Shown here: one piece after another, positions 35,031 to 39,547 of the stretch | Position numbering within the stretch: position 1 is the first letter of the stretch | Layout: each line of letters begins with the position of its first letter | From: Tubiluchus corallicola | Taxonomy: Eukaryota > Animalia > Priapulida | Assembly: GCA_030141605.1 (NCBI GenBank) | Contig: JAQGDQ010000718.1 | Location: 1 to 39,547, forward strand | Direction of reading: 5' to 3' | Length of the DNA stretch: 39,547 nucleotides | Translations under genes and position numbers: made by a program | The notes under the pieces: generated by a model | What the model saw: only the letters and a program-made list of their open reading frames with translations | Databases searched by the model: none | What the model was told of the DNA's origin: nothing

Positions 35031-38000
35031 CCCCTTTATTTCTGCTAACAGACCAGACTAGTATTCACAAGTTTAAAGACAGCCCCCTTTATTTCTACTA
35101 ACAGACCAGACTTGTATTTACAAGTTTAAAGTTAGCCCCCTTTATTTCTGCTAACAGACCAGACTTGTATTTACAAGTTTAAAGTTAGCCCCCTTTATTT
35201 CTGCTAACAGACCAGACTAGTATTCACAAGTTTAAAGTTAGCCCCCTTTATTTCTACTAACAGACCAGACTAGTATTTACAAGTTTAAAGTCAGCCCCCT
35301 TTATTTCTGCTAACAGACCAGGCTAGTATTTACAAGTTTAAAGTCAGCCCCCTTTATTTCTACTAACAGACCAGACTAGTATTTACAAGTTTAAAGTCAG
35401 TGTCTTTATTTCTACTAACAGACCAGACTAGTATTTACAAGTTTAAAGACAGCCCCCTTTATTTCTGCTAACAGACCAGACTAGTATTTACTAGTTTAAA
35501 GTCAGCCCCCTTTATTTCTGCTAACAGACCAGACTTGTATTTACAAGTTTAAAGTCAGCCCCCTTTATTTCTGCTAACAGACCAGACTAGTATTTACAAG
35601 TTTAAAGTCAGCACCCTTTATTTCTGCTAACAGACCAGACTAGTATTTACAAGTTTAAAGTCAGCCCCCTTTATTTCTGTAACAGACCAGACTGTATTTA
35701 CAAGTTTAAAGTCAGCCCCTTTATTTCTGCTAACAGACCAGACTAGTATTTACAAGTTTAAAGTCAGTCCCCTTTATTTCTACTAACAGACCAGACTAGT
35801 ATTTACAAGTTTAAAGTCAGCCCCCTTTATTTCTGCTAACAGACCAGACTTGTATTTACAAGTTTAAAGTCAGCCCCCTTTATTTCTGCTAACAGACCAG
35901 ACTAGTATTTACAAATTTAAAGTCAGTCCCTTTATTTCTGCTAACAGACCAGACTAGTATTTACAAGTTTAAAGACAGCACCCTTTATTTCTGCTAACAG
36001 ACCAGACTAGTATTTACAAGTTTAAAGTCAGTCCCCTTTATTTCTGCTAACAGACCAGACTAGTATTTACTAGTTTAAAGTCAGCCCCCTTTATTTCTGC
36101 TAACAGACCAGACTAGTATTTACAAGTTTAAAGTCAGCCCCCTTTATTTCTGCTAACAGACCAGACTTGTATTTACTAGTTTAAAGTCAGCCCCCTTTAT
36201 TACGGCTAACAGACCAGACTAGTATTTACTAGTTTAAAGTCAGCCCCCTTTATTTCTACTAACAGACCAGACTAGTATTTACAAGTTTAAAGACAGCCCC
36301 CTTTATTTCGGCTAACAGACCAGACTAGTATTTACAAGTTTAAAGTCAGCCCCCTTTATTTCTGCTAACAGACCAGACTAGTATTTACAAGTTTAAAGTC
36401 AGGCCCCTTTATTTCTGCTAACAGACCAGACTTGTATTTACAAGTTTAAAGTCAGCCCCTTTATTTCTGCTAACAGACCAGACTAGTATTTACAAGTTTA
36501 AAGTCAGCCCCTTTTATTTCTGCTAACAGACCAGACTTGTATTTACAAGTTTAAAGTCAGTCCCCTTTATTTCTGCTAACAGACCAGACTTGTATTTACA
36601 AGTTTAAAGTCAGCCCCCTTTATTTCTGCTAACAGACCAGACTTGTATTTACAAGTTTAAAGTCAGCCCCCTTTATTTCTGCTAACAGACCAGACTAGTA
36701 TTTACAAGTTTAAAGTCAGCACCCTTTATTTCTGCTAACAGACCACCAGACTAGTATTTACAAGTTTAAAGACAGCACCCTTTATTTCTGCTAACAGACC
36801 ACCAGACTAGTATTTACAAGTTTAAAGTCAGTCCCCTTTTTTTCTGCTAACAGACCAGGCTAGTATTTACTAGTTTAAAGTCAGCCCCCTTTATTTCTGC
36901 TAACAGACCAGACTAGTATTTACTAGTTTAAAGTCAGCCCCCTTTATTTCTCCTAACAGACCAGACTTGTATTTACAAATTTAAAGTCAGCCCCCTTTAT
37001 TTCTGCTAACAGACCAGACTAGTATTTACTAGTTTAAAGTCAGCCCCCTTTATTTCTGCTAACAGACCAGACTTGTATTTACAAGTTTAAAGTCAGCCCA
37101 TTTATTTCTGCTAACAGACCACCAGACTAGTATTTACAAGTTTAAAGTCAGCACCTTTTATTTCTGCTAACAGACCAGACTTGTATTTACAAGTTTAAAG
37201 TCAGTCCCCTTTATTTCTGCTAACAAACCAGACTAGTATTTACAAGTTTAAAGTCAGCCCCCTTTATTTCTGCTAACAGACCAGACTTGTATTTACAAGT
37301 TTAAAGTCAGCCCCCTTTATTTCTGCTAACAGACCAGACTAGTATTTACACGTTTAAAGTCAGCCCCTTTATTTTGCTAAAGACCAGCTTGTGTTTACAA
37401 GTTTAAGTCAGCCCCCTTTATTTCTGCTAACAGACCAGACTAGTATTTACAAGTTTAAAGTCAGCACCCTTTATTTCTGCTAACAGACCAGACTAGTATT
37501 TACAAGTTTAAAGACAGCACCCTTTATTTCTGCTAACAGACCACCAGACTAGTATTTACAAGTTTAAAGTCAGTCCCCTTTTTTCTGCTAACAGACCAGG
37601 CTAGTATTTACTAGTTTAAAGTTAGCCCCCTTTATTTCTCCTAACAGACCAGACTTGTATTTACAAATTTAAAGTCAGCCCCCTTTATTTCTGCTAACAG
37701 ACCAGACTAGTATTTACTAGTTTAAAGTCAGCCCCCTTTATTTCTGCTAACAGACCAGACTTGTATTTACAAGTTTAAAGTCAGCCCCCTTTATTTCTGC
37801 TAACAGACCAGACTAGTATTTACAAGTTTAAAGTCAGCACCCTTTATTTCTGCTAACAGACCACCAGACTAGTATTTACAAGTTTAAGGACAGCACCCTT
37901 TATTTCTGCTAACAGACCAGGTTTGTATTTACAAGTATAAAGTCAGCCCCCTTTATTTCGGCTAACAGACCAGACTAGTATTTACTAGTTTAAAGTCAGC

Positions 38001-39284
38001 CCCCTTTATTACGGCTAACAGACCAGACTTGTATTTACAAGTTTAAAGTCAGCCCCCTTTATTTCTGCTAACAGACCAGACTAGTATTTACAAGTTTAAA
38101 GTCAGCCCCCTTTATTTCTGCTAACAGACCAGACTAGTATTTACAAGTTTAAAGTCAGCCCCCTTTATTTCTGCTAACAGACCAGACTTGTATTTACAAG
38201 TTTAAAGTCAGTCCCCTTTATTTCTGCTAACAGACCAGACTAGTATTTACAAGTTTAAAGTCAGTCCCCTTTATTTCGGCTAACAGACCAGACTAGTATT
38301 TACAAGTTTAAAGTCAGTCCCCTTTATTTCTGCTAACAGACCAGACTGTATTTACAAGTTTAAAGTCAGCCCCTTTATTTCTGCTAACAGACCAGACTTG
38401 TATTTACAAGTTTAAAGTCAGCCCCCTTTATTTCTGCTAACAGACCAGACTGTATTTACAAGTTTAAAGTCAGCCCCCTTTATTTTACTAACAGACCAGA
38501 CTAGTATTTACACGTTTAAAGTCAGCCCCTTTATTTCTGCTAAAAGACCAGACTTGTGTTTACAAGTTTAACGTCAGCCCCCTTTATTTCTGCTAACAGA
38601 CCAGACTAGTATTTACAAGTTTAAAGTCAGCACCTTTTTTTTCTGCTAACAGACCACCAGACTAGTATTTACAAGTTTAAAGACAGCACCCTTTATTTCT
38701 GCTAACAGACCACCAGACTAGTATTTACAAGTTTAAAGACAGCACCCTTTATTTCTGCTAACAGACCACTAGACTAGTATTTACAAGTTTAAAGTCAGTC
38801 CCCTTTTTTTCTGCTAACAGACCAGACTTGTATTTACAAATTTAAAGTCAGTCCCCTTTATTTCTGCTAACAGACCAGACTAGTATTTACAAGTTTAAAG
38901 TCAGTCCCCTTTATTTCTGCTAACAGACCAGACTAGTATTTACAAGTTTAAAGTCAGCACCCTTTATTTCTGCTAACAGACCACCAGACTAGTATTTACA
39001 AGTTTAAAGACAGCACCCTTTATTTCTGCTAACAGACCACCAGACTAGTATTTACAAGTTTAAAGTCAGTCCCCTTTATTTCTGCTAACAGACCAGACTT
39101 GTATTTACAAGTATAAAGTCAGCCCCCTTTATTTCGGCTAACAGACCAGACTTGTATTTACAAGTTTAAAGTCAGCCCCCTTTATTTCTGCTAACACACC
39201 AGACTAGTATTTACAAGTTTAAAGTCAGCCCCCTTTATTTCTGCTAACAGACCACCAGACTAGTATTTACAAATTTAAAGTCAG
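35031..39284. repeat. 53-bp satellite, ~80 copies
   Basis: Unit AGTTTAAAGTCAGCCCCCTTTATTTCTGCTAACAGACCAGACTAGTATTTACA, with recurrent variants such as a +ACC insertion. Confidence 0.98.
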
Positions 39285-39547
39285 TGTCATTCGGTCTCTG
39301 TGAACAATCGGCTTCTAATCAACGAGAGCTCATGAATAATGTAACAACGTATAGTCGATTCCCGGAGTCTGGATTATGTGTCCCGTTAGCTTCCCAACCA
39401 AGGAATCTGGGATTATTTTTCACAAGTCATTTGTGTGAAGTTAAGTCGATGGAGATTTCAATGCTACTAATTGAGCTGATGAGCATGAGTGTTGTATGCG
39501 TGTCTGCCAACAACAAAGTTGGATGATGTACTCTAGTCTGGACGAAA
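39285..39547 (-). mobile_element. possible highly degraded LINE ORF2 remnant
   Basis: Minus-strand fragments RLEY and LGWE occur in the order expected for RPxLEY...LGWxxL. Weak. Confidence 0.3.

Overview
AT-rich, repeat-dense nuclear DNA from an invertebrate animal, judged from spliceosomal introns, SINEs, LINEs and satellites. I see no prokaryotic genes and no CRISPR array. About a third of the window is tandem repeat (units of 12, 37, 42, 53, 66, ~68, 109, ~122 and 137 bp). Two spliced + strand genes can be built with phase-compatible GT-AG junctions. (1) A ~144-aa protein with four zinc fingers (14597-14651 + 16519-16898); its short first coding exon carries KSTQT (LC8-binding type) and IKEE (SUMO type) motifs. 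(2) A ~275-aa type-I membrane protein with a very short LRR ectodomain, LRRCT, one TM helix and a short tail with no TIR domain (19803-20223, 21138-21296, 27070-27199, 28508-28625). Also present: a carbohydrate-sulfotransferase-like pseudogene whose coding sequence expanded into a minisatellite and is split by an RTE LINE, a decayed Tc1 transposase, three tRNA-derived Meta-type SINEs, three copies of a TTAA-ended dispersed repeat, a TA-flanked foldback element containing a 42-bp satellite, two probable solo LTRs (one with a perfect heat-shock element next to its TATA box), and several MITEs and LINE remnants. I cannot demonstrate a new biological system. The best leads are the compact LRR receptor with candidate duplicated microexons, the two traceable satellite origins, the zinc-finger gene with a 3' inverted minisatellite, and the HSE-bearing LTR. 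All family assignments come from recalled motifs, not database searches, and repeat boundaries are approximate.
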